54,408 nucleotides of DNA from Catajapyx aquilonaris. Taxonomy: Eukaryota. Location of the stretch: contig JYFJ02002587.1 of assembly GCA_000934665.2 (NCBI GenBank), positions 1 through 54,408 of the forward strand. Reading direction: 5' to 3'. Position numbers and translations under genes: made by a program. Below, piece by piece: positions 1-11,780 of the stretch (its first letter is position 1; each line of letters opens with the position of its first letter). The notes under the pieces were generated by a model. The model did not search any database. It saw nothing but the letters and a program-made list of their open reading frames with translations, and was not told where the DNA came from.

Positions 1-761
1 AGACTCTATCTCACCGGACGGTGTTGTTGACAGCAGTCTCCCAGGCGACGGTGTATTGGCCATGATGGAGCAGGAACACCCAGAACTTGCGACTGTTAGC
101 GCTCCGCAAAAACTAAAAATATCATGCACAGGCGACGTACCGTGCCCGGCAGGGCCACAACAATGTACAGTACTGTTGCGGTTACAAAAAGCCATACAGC
201 ATCACCCAGACAAAGGGCTATTCCATGCTATAATCACCTCAAAATCTGTACCGATCTGTATTAATTTAGAAGAGGCTATTCGTAACCTAGCAACTTACGA
301 TTCGAACTGAGACATAACAATTAGGATGACAATGACACCATCTGTATTCTGGTCCAACTTGAGGAATTAATTGCGGGGTCCCTGGTCACTTCCCGGACTT
401 CAACCCCAGAAGCAAAACAACGATTCAAAGGGTCAGCAAGCCGCAGGTACTGTTTCCAAATTGATTCGGGGAATGTACCGTATACTTGACTTCAGCCCCA
501 AAGGACCCTCCACGGCTCTCGAGTTCACGGGGAGAAGAACAAGCTTGTCCCCCCACGACAAGATGGGTAGCAGCGGAGGGTATATCTTCCTGTCATGTTC
601 AGCATCATTATCAGTGCGTACTGTGGTGTGTATTGTATAGAGCAGAGTGTAAGCTTGTAGTGGCAATAAATTTCTGGCAAATAATTTGCTTTTCGTCGTT
701 GTTTTTTATTCACAGGTCTTCTACGTGTTTTGTCATCAATTTTTAAACCAACGAGAGTATA

Positions 762-1530
762 CAGGGTGGGCGAAAAGTCCCAGGACACCTGGCTTTTTTT
801 GCCTGCAAAACAAATCTGTGCATGGAAAATGTGTCGGGGATGCTGGTGTGACATCATCTGGACACTGACGGAACTGTTCGATGAGGGGAGACATCTGAGG
901 ACCCCCAACAACACCCACAGTAAGTTAACCCTGATAACAGTGCAAGATGGCGGATACGAGAGGGTTCACTGTGGAGGAGAGACTTGTGGCTACTGTGTGG
1001 GTCCACGAGAGGCCTCATACGGGAAAGAACATAACGCACACCATGCAGGATTATCAGGGCTCGTTTTGGTAAGGCTCCACCGAGAAGAAGTAACTTGTTC
1101 CAGTGGGAGAAAAAAGCATTCAGCATGGGAAATGTGAAAGACGGGAAGTGTGAAAGACACTTCCCTTGCTAAATGCTTTTTTTCTCCCACTTGAACAAGT
1201 TATTACTTCTCGGTGGTGCCTTACCAAAACGAGCCCTGACATCCTGCATGGTGTGCGTTATGTTATTTCCCGTATGAGGCCTCTCGTGGACCCACACAGT
1301 AGCCACAAGTCTCTCCTCCACAGTGAACCCTCTCGTATCCGCCATCTTGCACTGTTATCAGGGTTAACTTACTGTGGGTGTTGTTGGGGGTCCTCAGATG
1401 TCTCCCCTCATCGAACAGTTCCGTCAGTGTCCAGATGATGTCACACCAGCATCCCCGACACATTTTCCATGCACAGATTTGTTTTGCAGGCAAAAAAAGC
1501 CAGGTGTCCTGGGACTTTTCGCCCACCCTG
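762..1530. mobile_element. Young fully palindromic Tc1/mariner-type MITE
   Basis: TA|CAGGGTGGGCGAAAAGTCCC...GGGACTTTTCGCCCACCCTG|TA; ~370-bp near-identical inverted arms; TA TSD. Confidence 0.92.
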
Positions 1531-1868
1531 TACTAGTACTTATGACTTATTTCCAACCACTGGGGCTTTTTATTGCCATATTTCCGGCACTGCTTCAGTG
1601 ACCTACCGTATTGTACGATACAGAATTGAGTTTGGCTGTCGACTCCGCCAGATGGCAGGTCAGTCAATTGGAGACATGGTGCTATGATACCAGCTATTTT
1701 TTCCACTCTTTCTAGTAACATTCGTATAATTCGTTCTAGTAACTACATTTTCAACTTGTTTTGTGTCAACGAGTATGCTGACTGCTGGCTGATCTAGTTA
1801 AAATACACCCTGTAAAGAGGATGCTAGGCTTACCTGGGTAAACACAATGCAGCCTTCCTCCCACTATA

Positions 1869-2214
1869 CAGGGTGTTTCTTACTAGTATGGCCAACAACC
1901 ATCAGCGTATTCCTTGGGCCAAAGCAAGTCGAAAATGTAGGGGGGAGAAATGTCAAGGGACCAACTGTTAATGAGACAGACGACCAGAAACATTGGCCGG
2001 TGATAATCACTTATGTGAAAGAGGCGATCTGACAAATCCCAACAGTCACGATTTTCATGCTGCTATCCTGCTCCTTAGGCAACCCAAGCCAATGTTTCTG
2101 ATCGTCTTAATGGTTGGTCCCTCATCATTTCTTCCCTCTACATTTTCGACTTGTTTTGGCCCAAGGAATATGTTGATGGGCGTTAGCCATACTACTGTAA
2201 TTAGGAACACCCTG
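1869..2214. mobile_element. CAGGGTG-terminated palindromic MITE (Tc1/mariner type)
   Basis: TA|CAGGGTGTTTCTTACTAGTATGGC...GAACACCCTG; ~130-bp degenerate inverted arms; related copies at ~8507-9005 and ~30965-31983. Confidence 0.8.
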
Positions 2215-2400
2215 CATGATAAAGTCTTAATTACTGTAGTATCAATAAATATTAGTTCTTATTAATACTAGGCTTCTAACTTGTGCCTAGTTTTGGCCCT
2301 TCACACATGGCATTATTGTAGGCACTTAAAGAGCGTTAAAATCAAAATTATGTGAGGGAGAAGCAAAAAGTAATTCACAACTTTTTTAATTACGTAGTTT

Positions 2401-2894
2401 CACTACAGAAACTGAAACTGGCTTACAATGTGACAGGGCAAGTTTTTCTCTAATTTTAGACAGTCACCACACATTTTGGTGCACTTGTCCCAGAGGGACA
2501 CTAGTTTTCCATGGCACTGCAGAAAAAAGTGTCTGGCTGGCAGGGAAGCCAGTGGAGGACATCCTCTTTCTCTTCCTCAATGTCGCTGAGATCTTGCAAA
2601 GCCAATGCTTCTTTTTTTTTATCGGAAGAGATGGCAGACCATAGTTAAGACCACCATTTCCTACCAATGAAGAAGCACCTGGCAGGTCAGCACTTTCAGC
2701 AACAACGAGGAAGTGAGAGGCCATTCGCCACTGGCTTCCCAGCCAACCTGATGCTTTATTCTGCAGTGGCATGGTAAAGCTAGCAACCTGGTGGGACAAG
2801 TGCACCAAAATGTATGGTGAGTTGGTGACTATGTCTAAATTTAGAGAAAGACTTGCCCTGTCATATGTACATGTCAGTTTCTGTTTCTGTAATG
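2401..2894. mobile_element. Old fold-back element made from the 3' end of a mariner transposase gene
   Basis: Inverted arms of ~190 bp; right arm translates FSNNEEV...GMVKLATWWDKCTKMYG..DYV, resembling the mariner C-terminal GIxKLxxRWxKC...GDYV motif. Confidence 0.7.
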
Positions 2895-4000
2895 AAGCTT
2901 TCCATCTTTTAAGGGCTGGTTGCATATTAGAGCCCGGGCTTCAACTCCTGGTTGTAGCCACCAGCCAGTGCCGGCCTGTAGCGGGGTCAGGGGCGAAAGT
3001 TAGACGCGGGGCCCTCCCAAAACTGGGTGGGATTCAGGTGTCCCACCGAGATCCTATATATTATTAGCTCGAGCCTCTCCTGTGTGGACCATATATGATG
3101 TGGTCCACACACACACAAAATGCTTCCATTCCTTCTCCCAAGAAAGTCTTTTTCCTGTTTCAGTGCCATCAAGAATGGTTTCTTCCTGGCTATTGTCAAG
3201 AGGCAGGTCCTGATTTCATGAATTTTCTGTTAGGCTTTGAGAAGTTACACATAATGTCATCTTCATGTCATGGATGCAGTCGACAGGTTGTTGTAGGGAC
3301 CACCTTTTGGGTCAGCTCTGACCATTTTTAAATTGATGGTCGCTGGTCCTTTCCTTGATTTTGCAACACATTTTTCTCAGCTCTCGGTTTTTCCTTGCTG
3401 CCATTGCCTAGTGACGTCCATAATAAGGTTTTTCTGGATGGCTCTTGTAGTTTTGATACCTCATGTGATTCCCCCTTACCATGGAGCATGGCACATGCCC
3501 TTCTTGTCCAACCACATACGCAGACTTTCCTTCTTCCTAGCTCTTCCATATCACCTTGCATACCTCTGGAGGAATGGGCTTACCACCTCCTATGATTGTT
3601 ATTTTCAGACACAGAGTGCAATGAGTCATGACATTATGGCGGAGGCCTAGAGACATGCACTTTTTTTTCATCTGACACAACCACATCAGTCTGTATTTTA
3701 ACAGTGAGCGATCTGTGTGGTGCGTTTAGCGCTCTGGGCGAACTCTATTGCCCACGCTGCGCTAAATACTGTCCTATTCTTCTTGTTCCACTGATAAATG
3801 CATTGATATCTCGCCCCAACCTTCCTCTTTCATGTGGCTCATTAGCATAAAAGTTGTGTGATTAAAACATGATTTTACTCAAATAATTCGTATTTGTAAC
3901 ATCGACATGCAGATGATTTTTGAGCTGGGCAAACTTCATTGGTGTTGGGCAAGTACAATACAAATATCCATGAAGTCCTTTATATCCAGAGTCGACTGTA

Positions 4001-4127
4001 CAGTAGTGGAAATTATTGACCATATCCACAAGTATAGCCGCCTGGCGGAGAATTTCCTTTGCTTCATGTAGAGTAAAAACTCCGCCAGGTGGCAATACTT
4101 GTGGATACCCATTAATTTCCACCACTG
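4001..4127. mobile_element. Short palindromic MITE with CAGT termini and TA TSD
   Basis: TA|CAGTAGTGGAAATT...AATTTCCACCACTG|TA; family members at ~4280-4633, 4850-5232 and 28807-29312. Confidence 0.8.
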
Positions 4128-4290
4128 TACACTTTAAATCGTAGAGCACTAAAAGATCATCACTACTGAGTCTCCCATGGAGCAACACATGATTTTTAAT
4201 GCTCTTGTAATGCCTTTGTTGTTGCCACAAAGCATTAGAAGAGCGTTAAAAATGTGATGCTCCATGTAAGACTTAGTACCATGGTGTAAA

Positions 4291-4519
4291 TCTATATAAA
4301 TAAAGCCGTTTGCGGTCTGTCTGTCTGCCTGTAACGCCAAACGTCATTTGCCTGCCATCTGTGGTCTGATTCCTACCCCTCCAACCTCTCCCGTCCTTCC
4401 AACCCGGCCTTCTTAAAAGTGTCATGGCTGCTCTCTGTGCTTGAAATTTTTGAGGGGGTACAGGTAGGTGTTTTCCCTTCATTCATTTCTTCCCAGGCAA
4501 TGCCGGGTGCCGCAGCTAG
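4291..4519 (+). mobile_element. Non-autonomous Helitron
   Basis: 5' TC (TCTATATAAATAAA), (CTGT)n near the 5' end, 3' hairpin CCCAGGCAATGCCGGG, terminal CTAG; sits between A4290 and T4520 without TSD. Removal restores the host MITE sequence GGTGTAAA|TTAATGGATA. Confidence 0.85.
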
Positions 4520-4892
4520 TTAATGGATAAGCACAAGTATCGCGACCTGGCAGTGCTTTTCCTTTGCTTCATATAAAGAAAAAGCTCCACCAGGCGGCGA
4601 TACTTGTGGATATCCATTAATTTCCCCCACTTTGTAAACTGCAAAGCATTAAAAAAGCATCACTACTTCATCTCCCATGGAGCATCGCATGAGGACAGTA
4701 TGGAACATTATAAACTGTCAACAAGGAGCATTAAGTGAGGTCGTTTTAAATGCTCCATGTTGACAGCAGTTTATGATATTCCATAAGGTCCTCATGCAAT
4801 ACTCCATGGGAGACGAAGTAGTGATGCTTTTTTAATGCTTTGCGGTTTACAAAGTGGTGGAAATTAATGGATATCCACAAGTATTGCCGCCT

Positions 4893-5150
4893 TACCAAAG
4901 CAGGCTGGTGTAGTGGATAAGGAGCCAGACTGGTAAATCGGGTGGTCCTGGGTTCGAATCCCAGGGCCGGCAACCCTGACCATGGTGTTCTGTGGTTTTC
5001 CATGGTCCCCCCCAGGACAATTCCGGGGTAGTTTCCGTAAAAATAGGCCACAGCCGCTTCCTTCCTTCCCTATCCCTGGTCCCATCCAATGGTGGTAATC
5101 CACCCCCCTAAGGGAGCCAAAGGCTCTAGCACAGGGTATAATAAAGAAAT
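4893..5150 (+). mobile_element. tRNA-derived SINE, family 1
   Basis: A box TGGTGTAGTGG, B box GGTTCGAATCCC, core GGCCACAGCCGCTTCCTTCC, A-rich tail; 14-bp TSD AAGTATTGCCGCCT (4879) / AAGTATCGCCGTCT (5151). Confidence 0.88.
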
Positions 5151-5433
5151 AAGTATCGCCGTCTGGAGCATTTCCTTTATATGAAGCAAAAGAAAAAGCT
5201 CTGCCAGGCGGCGATACTTGTGCTTATCCATTCTCTTGCATTTCTCTTGCATTTCAGTGTACTTATTATGCTTACTGCTCAACCTTATTGATTCCAATAT
5301 TCCACATCATAATATATTTGTGCTGTTCCACATCGTCACCTCCCGCAACTTTCGCCCCCATAAATCTATTCGTATAATGGTCGAACGTCACGTTCCAGTG
5401 TCCATAGTGAAAATCGGCTCATGTCTTTGTGTC

Positions 5434-5464
<31 letters not shown>

Positions 5465-6456
5465 CNTCCCCGGACTATACAGCCAGACAGGTAGGGGGGT
5501 GTGCGAGGATGTCCTTACCCGGTCTGGCCGATGCCGTACTGAAGCCCCGTCTGGTGCCCCGTGGCCTGGAAGCCAAGCAGATGAACTCCCGATGGCTGTG
5601 ATAATAATAATCAGACCCGCAGTGTGGGCGGTGTGGTTGCCGAACGCCACAGGAACTAAAGAGTTACCAAGCCGGCGCCATGTTGGAAACCTTCCGATCC
5701 TGCTCTGCACACGATGCGGTAAATTCCCCCTTCGCCAGGCTCCCAACTTAAAGTCAAGTCAACGGGTTTAAACATTGCACATTATTATTTAAAAGGATAG
5801 CCGCGAGGAGCTGTGGTAAACTGAGCGGCCACTTGGGGATGGCTTGAATGAGTTGTCTTTGAATTTCAGTGGCGGGAAGACGGATTTTTGTGAAAATCAC
5901 ACTGTGCGATGCTCCTAATTTATTACCAAGCAGTGGCGTGGCCAGGGTATATAAACGCACCTGTAGCGGCACTGCAGGAATGGCTGGGGCATCAGTATTC
6001 AACAATGTCGGGGGAGGGGGGGGGGGCGCCATTGAAAATTAATCAAGGTAAAAGGGCTTACCAAGCATGGATTTGGTCAGTTCAAAAACAAAATATTACC
6101 GCCACCTCAGTAAAATAAAGAGCACAGCATATTTGTACCAATAAAACATTATGTTCCATTTTAATAGCATGCAAACTGTTACCAGCTACCCCAATAAAGC
6201 TTACTTGTGAGAAGGAAGCAAATGTGCAAACAAACAGCATTGGGCATTCCTACCATGTATGGCACGACCTATAGTTAAAGTGCCAACATACGTAGTAGGT
6301 GTGATGCGTCCGATGTTAACGTTTCTGCCACTTTGAATGGGAATAGTGCACCGAGTGATTGCAGATATGAGGTGAGGTAATTAGTAAAAAAGGAAGTGCT
6401 CCATTATAGCATATAGCTTCACATAGTTGTGGTTATCTATAATTATAAATATACCA

Positions 6457-6503
<47 letters not shown>

Positions 6504-6530
6504 TATTATTATTATTATTAATGGCCTTGA

Positions 6531-7064
6531 ACCGAAGCAGCAGTAGGTGAGGGGATATGGTATCCGGCTACGAATCGGGAGGTCCAGGGATCAAATCCCC
6601 GGGCCGGCAACTCTGACCGTGGTATTCTGTGGTTTTCCACGGTCCCTCCAGGTGAATACCAGAGTTGTTTCTGTAATTAATAGGCCACAGCCGTTTCCTT
6701 CCTTCCCTGTCGTTGTCCTGTCCTTGAGGAGGTGCGGTGTCGGTGGGGGTTTCTGACCCGCACCTAGGGGAGGGTCTTTCAGCTTGGGCCCCTGGGGGAC
6801 TGCACAGAGCCCTGAAGTTGAGACAATGCACTTGCACCCAGCATCCCCCCCTCATTATCCTTATCCTGTCCCTGCACCGGTGAGAAAAAAGTGAAGAAAA
6901 AGATGAGTCGTCGTCGTCCCCCCTCCTGAACAATAAGTTTGTAGGGGGGTGGTTGAAGAGGGGGGGGGGGGGNTGATCCCATTAAGGGGTGGCCAGCGAT
7001 GACCAGATACATGCAACTGGTCATCTCATTCGACTGATACAAGGAATACAACAACAACAACAAC

Positions 7065-7065
<1 letters not shown>
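6531..7065 (+). mobile_element. tRNA-derived SINE, family 1 head with a different, longer 3' module
   Basis: ACCGAAGCAG start and the same head/core as the other family-1 copies; the 3' half shares CCTGGGGGACTGCAC with the 35962 SINE. 3' boundary approximate. Confidence 0.7.
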
Positions 7066-7126
<61 letters not shown>

Positions 7127-7127
7127 T

Positions 7128-7413
7128 TGATACCCCATTATCAGCCTACGGGCTTTCCTAGGGGGGGATTTCGCCCAATTTTTTGTCTGGAACTCTTCCA
7201 ATTTTTACTATTTTTCTCATCACCGGAATGAAGCAGGGAAAGGGAAGGAAGGAGGCGGCTGTGGCCTATATTACGGTAACGACCCCGGAATTATCCTGCA
7301 AGGACCATGGGAAACCACAGAAAACCATGGTCAGGGTCGCCGGCCTCCGGGATTCGAACCCAGGACCTCCCGATTAGCAGTCGGACACCATACCACTACA
7401 CCACTACTGCTTC

Positions 7414-7416
<3 letters not shown>
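7128..7416 (-). mobile_element. tRNA-derived SINE, family 1
   Basis: Reverse complement reads ACCGAAGCAGTAGTGGTGTAGTGG...CCGACTGCTAATCGGGAGGTCCTGGGTTCGAATCCC...GGGGTATCAA, then (ATT)n. Confidence 0.88.
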
Positions 7417-7468
<52 letters not shown>

Positions 7469-8506
7469 TGGTTATTTCTTATAATCTAAGATGAAATGAG
7501 AATAATGTGTCTAATACTTCCCCCCTTTGCAAATACCTGCTCAGTGCTGCAGGGGTTCCATTAGATAAGGTGATCATATGGGATGAGAGAGAATGCAACA
7601 AGCAATTCTTGCAGTTCTTCAATATCGCTGGCAAACCCTTTCATTATGGACAATGTGCGATGCAAGTTATATTAATGAACTTAATGAATTATGATAATAA
7701 TGCTAGTAAATGTAGATTTTATTTCAAAACTGGATACTACATTCTTTCACTCAACAACAGGTACAAATCAGGTACCTATCTTAATTATTGTACCACCCTG
7801 GCATTCTCAGTGCTGCATAGAATGTAATGACATAATATGAATAACTGGATTATTTATCCTGGAGTAACACTTCCGTATATTGACAAGATACGAACTCATG
7901 ACTACAGATGACAGTCTCAATCCTGTAGCACACAATGGCTGTACAGTATGATAGTTTGTAATAATAATTATAAACTTGATAATATAAATTGGCACAATCC
8001 CTACTGAAAAATCGTCGTTAGTCTGACAAAAGGACAAATTTGACATTTGTACTAAAATCAGATTATGTCCTCTTCCAGCACCATCAAGTGTTGCGTAACA
8101 TTATGGCAAAACGGCAAACACGTGGGACAAGTGGTGTCAGAGTTATAACGAAAAATCAAAAGGCCATCCTACGTTTTTGTCTCGTGGTTTGCAGGTTTCT
8201 TTTGGCTCTCCTGTAAAATTAGGAAAAGGTTGAATTTGTCCTTTTGTCAGATTAACAACAAAATCTTTGCAAAAAGTATAACGTGGAGCGTTTGCATTGC
8301 CTTCGTCAATGTAAGGATGAATGGAGCATGGACAAACATCATGGATACCACGTAGAAATTTAAATGACACGAAAGGAACTAATGTGCAGCAGCTGTGAAG
8401 GAAAATATCAAGACATTATCATTTAGCACTAGTTCCGTACCTCAAGTATTTTTTGATAATAACGCACTACTACAGCTGCTTCATGTTTAATGACACATCT
8501 CATATC

Positions 8507-9005
8507 CAAGGTGTATCTTACTACAAGATCAACCAGCAGGCAGTGTATTCCTTGGCCCAAACCACTTCTAAAATTTAGAGGGGAGAGAAATCAATGGACC
8601 AACCTGTTACGAGGTGGACGACCACATACATTGCCTACCCCAAGACACATGCGGCAACACAAACCACATCTCTTTGTAGGGAGATCCCTGTCAGGTGGAC
8701 CCGCCCACCTTACAGTGGTTGCTTAGGGAGCAGGATGTGAGCATTATAATCATGGCTGCGAAAGAGGGGATCTCTCAAAATCCGAAAAATAATGATTACC
8801 ATGCTCATATCCTGCTCCCTGAGCAACCACTGTAAGGTGGCCCGGTTAATCTGTTAATCGAAATGCCCTTCCTTGGAAACGCTGGTGTCCTGTTAAGCCA
8901 CCTATACCCTGCCGCTACCCATTTCCATTTGTGAAACAGCTTTACAGTACCTGCAGGTTCTCTAAACTATAGGGACATGAAGAACCTTATCAGAAAACAC
9001 CCCAG
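8507..9005. mobile_element. Degenerate longer member of the 1869-2214 MITE family
   Basis: Left arm shares GTATTCCTTGGCCCAAA...GGACCAAC with 1907-1965; internal hairpin ~8700-8845; ends AAAACACCCC. Confidence 0.6.
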
Positions 9006-9206
9006 TAATGGTGACATATCCTTAATCAATCTTCGCAATTTTAGTCTTGGTCCCATACAGCTTCAAGATCCCAAATGAACCTTTCTTTCTGAATTAAAGC
9101 ATAGAACCAGAAACCTCGTAATGTTACTCAAGGTGAAAGAGCTAACAAAGTGTTGCATTATGGAGCAGAATTAACACTTAAAGGATGAGCATTACATGTG
9201 CTAATA

Positions 9207-9935
9207 TGAGGGCCCTATGAAAAACATTTAAAATTCACAGAAGATAGACACGTTCTTAAGCTATTTCTGAACGTAGTCACCTTCCCTACTGAGGCACTTG
9301 TCATAACGTGGCATCATCTTTTGTGTGCCTAATGCGATCAATGCCCCTGCCAATGAGGTTTGCTCTGTAATTAGATTTCTCCAAGCTGAAGGACACAACA
9401 CAGCCAAAATTCACAGAGATTGCGTAATGTGTATGAAGAAAAGTGTACAAGTGACAGTGCTGTGCTGAAATGGTGTTGGAATTTTCAACGACAAATTGAT
9501 GTTCATGACGAGGAAAGACAGGGGAAAACATCTATGGTGACTGACGATGTTGTTGAACAAGTAGAAAAAGTGGTCTGATAGTACTGCTGGTTTACAATTT
9601 TTGACATGTCTGCTGATCCTCCCCAAATATTTTTGTCAGCTCTTTATGACACTGTGACAAGAAAACTGGGCTGTCACAAGTTTTGTGCACAGTGGATTCA
9701 ACAACACAGACCTGTGAAAGTGTGTGATAAGGCGGCCTAGTACCCGCAGGGGGCAACCTTCTATGGGGAAGGCATGCAAAACCTGGTGCCATATTATGAC
9801 ATGTGACCCAATTGGGAAGGTGATGATGTGAAGAAGTAGCATACAACTTTGTCTAACTTTTGTCATTATGATTTTTTTTCCATCACTTTTATTTTCCTTT
9901 CACAGCTCATGGGAACTAATAAAAAAAAGCCCTTG
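9207..9935 (+). mobile_element. Internally deleted mariner element (transposase pseudogene)
   Basis: TA|TGAGGGC...GCCCTTG|TA; translates INAPANEVCSVIRFLQAEGHNTAKIHR...DVHDEERQGKTS...KLGCHKFCAQWI (N-terminal HTH up to the WVP-like motif), then jumps to FYGEGMQNLVPYYD...GDDVKK*. Frameshifts and stops; catalytic domain missing. Confidence 0.88.
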
Positions 9936-10209
9936 TATACCAGCAAAAAAAAAAAATACATGTACTGGTACAGGAAGTCCCCGGTCTAAGGTCTGAGAAC
10001 ATCTAAGGCAGATTTGTATGCAACTCGGATCCCTGAAGATGAGCAGCACCTACGTGGGGCATTCATGAAGTTCTTACCTTTGGGTTGGAGAGAAAGGGTT
10101 CAAACTGCACACATGTATTAATCCTTCTCTACACATGAACCCTGCAGAGCCACACATTAATTCTTACCAGCAATGCATGACCTGTAGGTCACCATTATTG
10201 TATCAGTTG

Positions 10210-10557
10210 GGGGAGGTGGAGCAATGCTGCCGTAACGTATGCGCCCACGGATGTAAGGGTCCCAAGCTCAATCCCAAGCCTGGGCATTCCCCCCCTTCAT
10301 CTCGTGCAGAATTGGGTCGTCTCTGGCTTCGTTTCGGGTGGGATTCCTTGAGACTAACCACCCAGGGGAGTTCACAAAATGTACTGTTACAGACATTGCA
10401 CTTGCACTCTGCACATCCCCTCCCAGTCACTCTGCCCTTGGACCAGGGCATTTCGTAAAAAGGTTCCGAAAGTACAGATTGTACACAATGGTTAATAATG
10501 GTCTGTGCGATATACCCCTACAGGGGTGAAAGTACTACCTGGATAATTATTATTATT
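10210..10557 (+). mobile_element. tRNA-derived SINE, family 3 (older copy)
   Basis: Colinear with the reverse complement of 22725-23092 (GTAACGTATGCGCCCACGGATGT...CTTCATCTCGTGCAGA); (ATT)n tail. Confidence 0.8.
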
Positions 10558-11005
10558 TAATTACTACTACTATTGCTACTACTAGTACACTGTACTCCCA
10601 ATATTATCCCGTGCGGATTATCCATGCATCACCAAAAATTTAATTTAAAATTAAAGTCCGGAAAAATGTGTCGAATTTTCATTCCATTGCTCGATACTGC
10701 TAACTTAGCAGTACCAGGGCCAAAAGTGGTACTGTTAAGTTATCAGGAACTAGCGTGGGATGAAAATTCCATCCACTGTCAATATGTCTCATCAACGAAG
10801 AAATATAACGTTTTTCTAGGAGACAAAGTCAAATTCTATGGTAAGTTTTATTACTTTGATTCAACCAAGCAGCATAGTATCTATACAGCATTACATTTAA
10901 AACCTGTGAATAGCTCATTTTTTTACGATGCCTAGGACCATTTCCCGATTTTCCAGCAACACCTGTGCAGTCATTAGCACAGATATTCGGGAGTAGAGTG
11001 TATTA

Positions 11006-11245
11006 TTGTTGTATAAGTTGACACTTGTGCTAGAAAAAAGTTTTCAACCTCTGTCGTCTGTGGTGGTGGGAGCTTGTGTTATTCCCATGACCCCGAAGAG
11101 CTATGCCGACTGTTGCTTCATCTACTGGCAGAGTCTCCCAAGCCGGACAGGTCTTTGCAGCCATGGGAAAAACACAAGCCCCCACCAGCACAGACAACAG
11201 AGGTTGACAACACTTTTCAAGCACAGAGTCTCAACTTCTACAATG
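11006..11245. repeat. Inverted repeat containing an RTE-LINE-like 5' fragment
   Basis: Arms ~11006-11089 and ~11161-11245; GTGGTGGGAGCTTGTGT...GAGCTATGCC...GTCTCCCAAGCCGGACAGGTC resembles RTE-clade 5' UTRs as recalled, not searched. Confidence 0.55.
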
Positions 11246-11319
11246 ATGGTGTCCTACAAGTCATGCATCACTGGTAAAAATGTGTGGCTGTGCTGGGTTT
11301 ATATGTAGAGAAGGACTAA

Positions 11320-11540
11320 AGGTGCATTCACATATCAGCGACTGCGACTTCGTGCCCGAGCGACATCGCGGCCATGGTGTCGCCCAGCTGCTGGAGGCCC
11401 GGTAGCAGAGCTCTTTGGGGCACTACATTGTGACAGCATCCACTGGACGGGAACTCCGTCGCTAGGGGAAACGGCGTCGTGGATCAACGGGGCACAGAAT
11501 CGGTCGCTGGGCACGGAATCGCAGATATGTGAATGCACCT
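11320..11540. mobile_element. PIF/Harbinger-type MITE
   Basis: TAA|AGGTGCATTCACATATC...GATATGTGAATGCACCT|TAA: 17-bp perfect TIR, 3-bp TAA TSD, CpG-rich. Confidence 0.85.
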
Positions 11541-11780
11541 TAATACATGTGTGCAATTTCAATTGTTTTTCTCTTTTACTTCAACCCAAAGGTATGAACT
11601 TTACGAATGCCCCTTGTACATGGTAATAATAGCTGCTAGTGTAAAGATGCTGTACCAACGAACCATCTACACCATGCATGTGTGTTTACATGCATGTAAG
11701 AAAGTAGTCGCCAAATTATTAACTTTTAATATTTTAAACTATTAACTGCTTGAGAGAGTGAGCATCTTTGTGAGAAATTA

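Larger units (their letters stand above)
6458..7467. repeat. Cluster of (AAT)n/(ATT)n microsatellites flanking two SINEs
   Basis: Runs at ~6458-6520 (AAT then ATT), ~7066-7127 and ~7417-7467. Confidence 0.9.

Noticed and set aside
540..730. KLVPHDK-like text resembling a mariner 3' end
   Set aside because: No supporting TIR or further motifs.
854..1438. Near-identical 90-aa ORFs on opposite strands (also 14676/15693 and 29317/29331)
   Set aside because: By-products of palindromic MITEs; no protein features.
6779..7489. ORFs with poly-I or poly-N (also poly-Y/L at 36056-36409, poly-P/G at 5218-5771)
   Set aside because: Translations of microsatellites and homopolymer runs, some containing N gaps.
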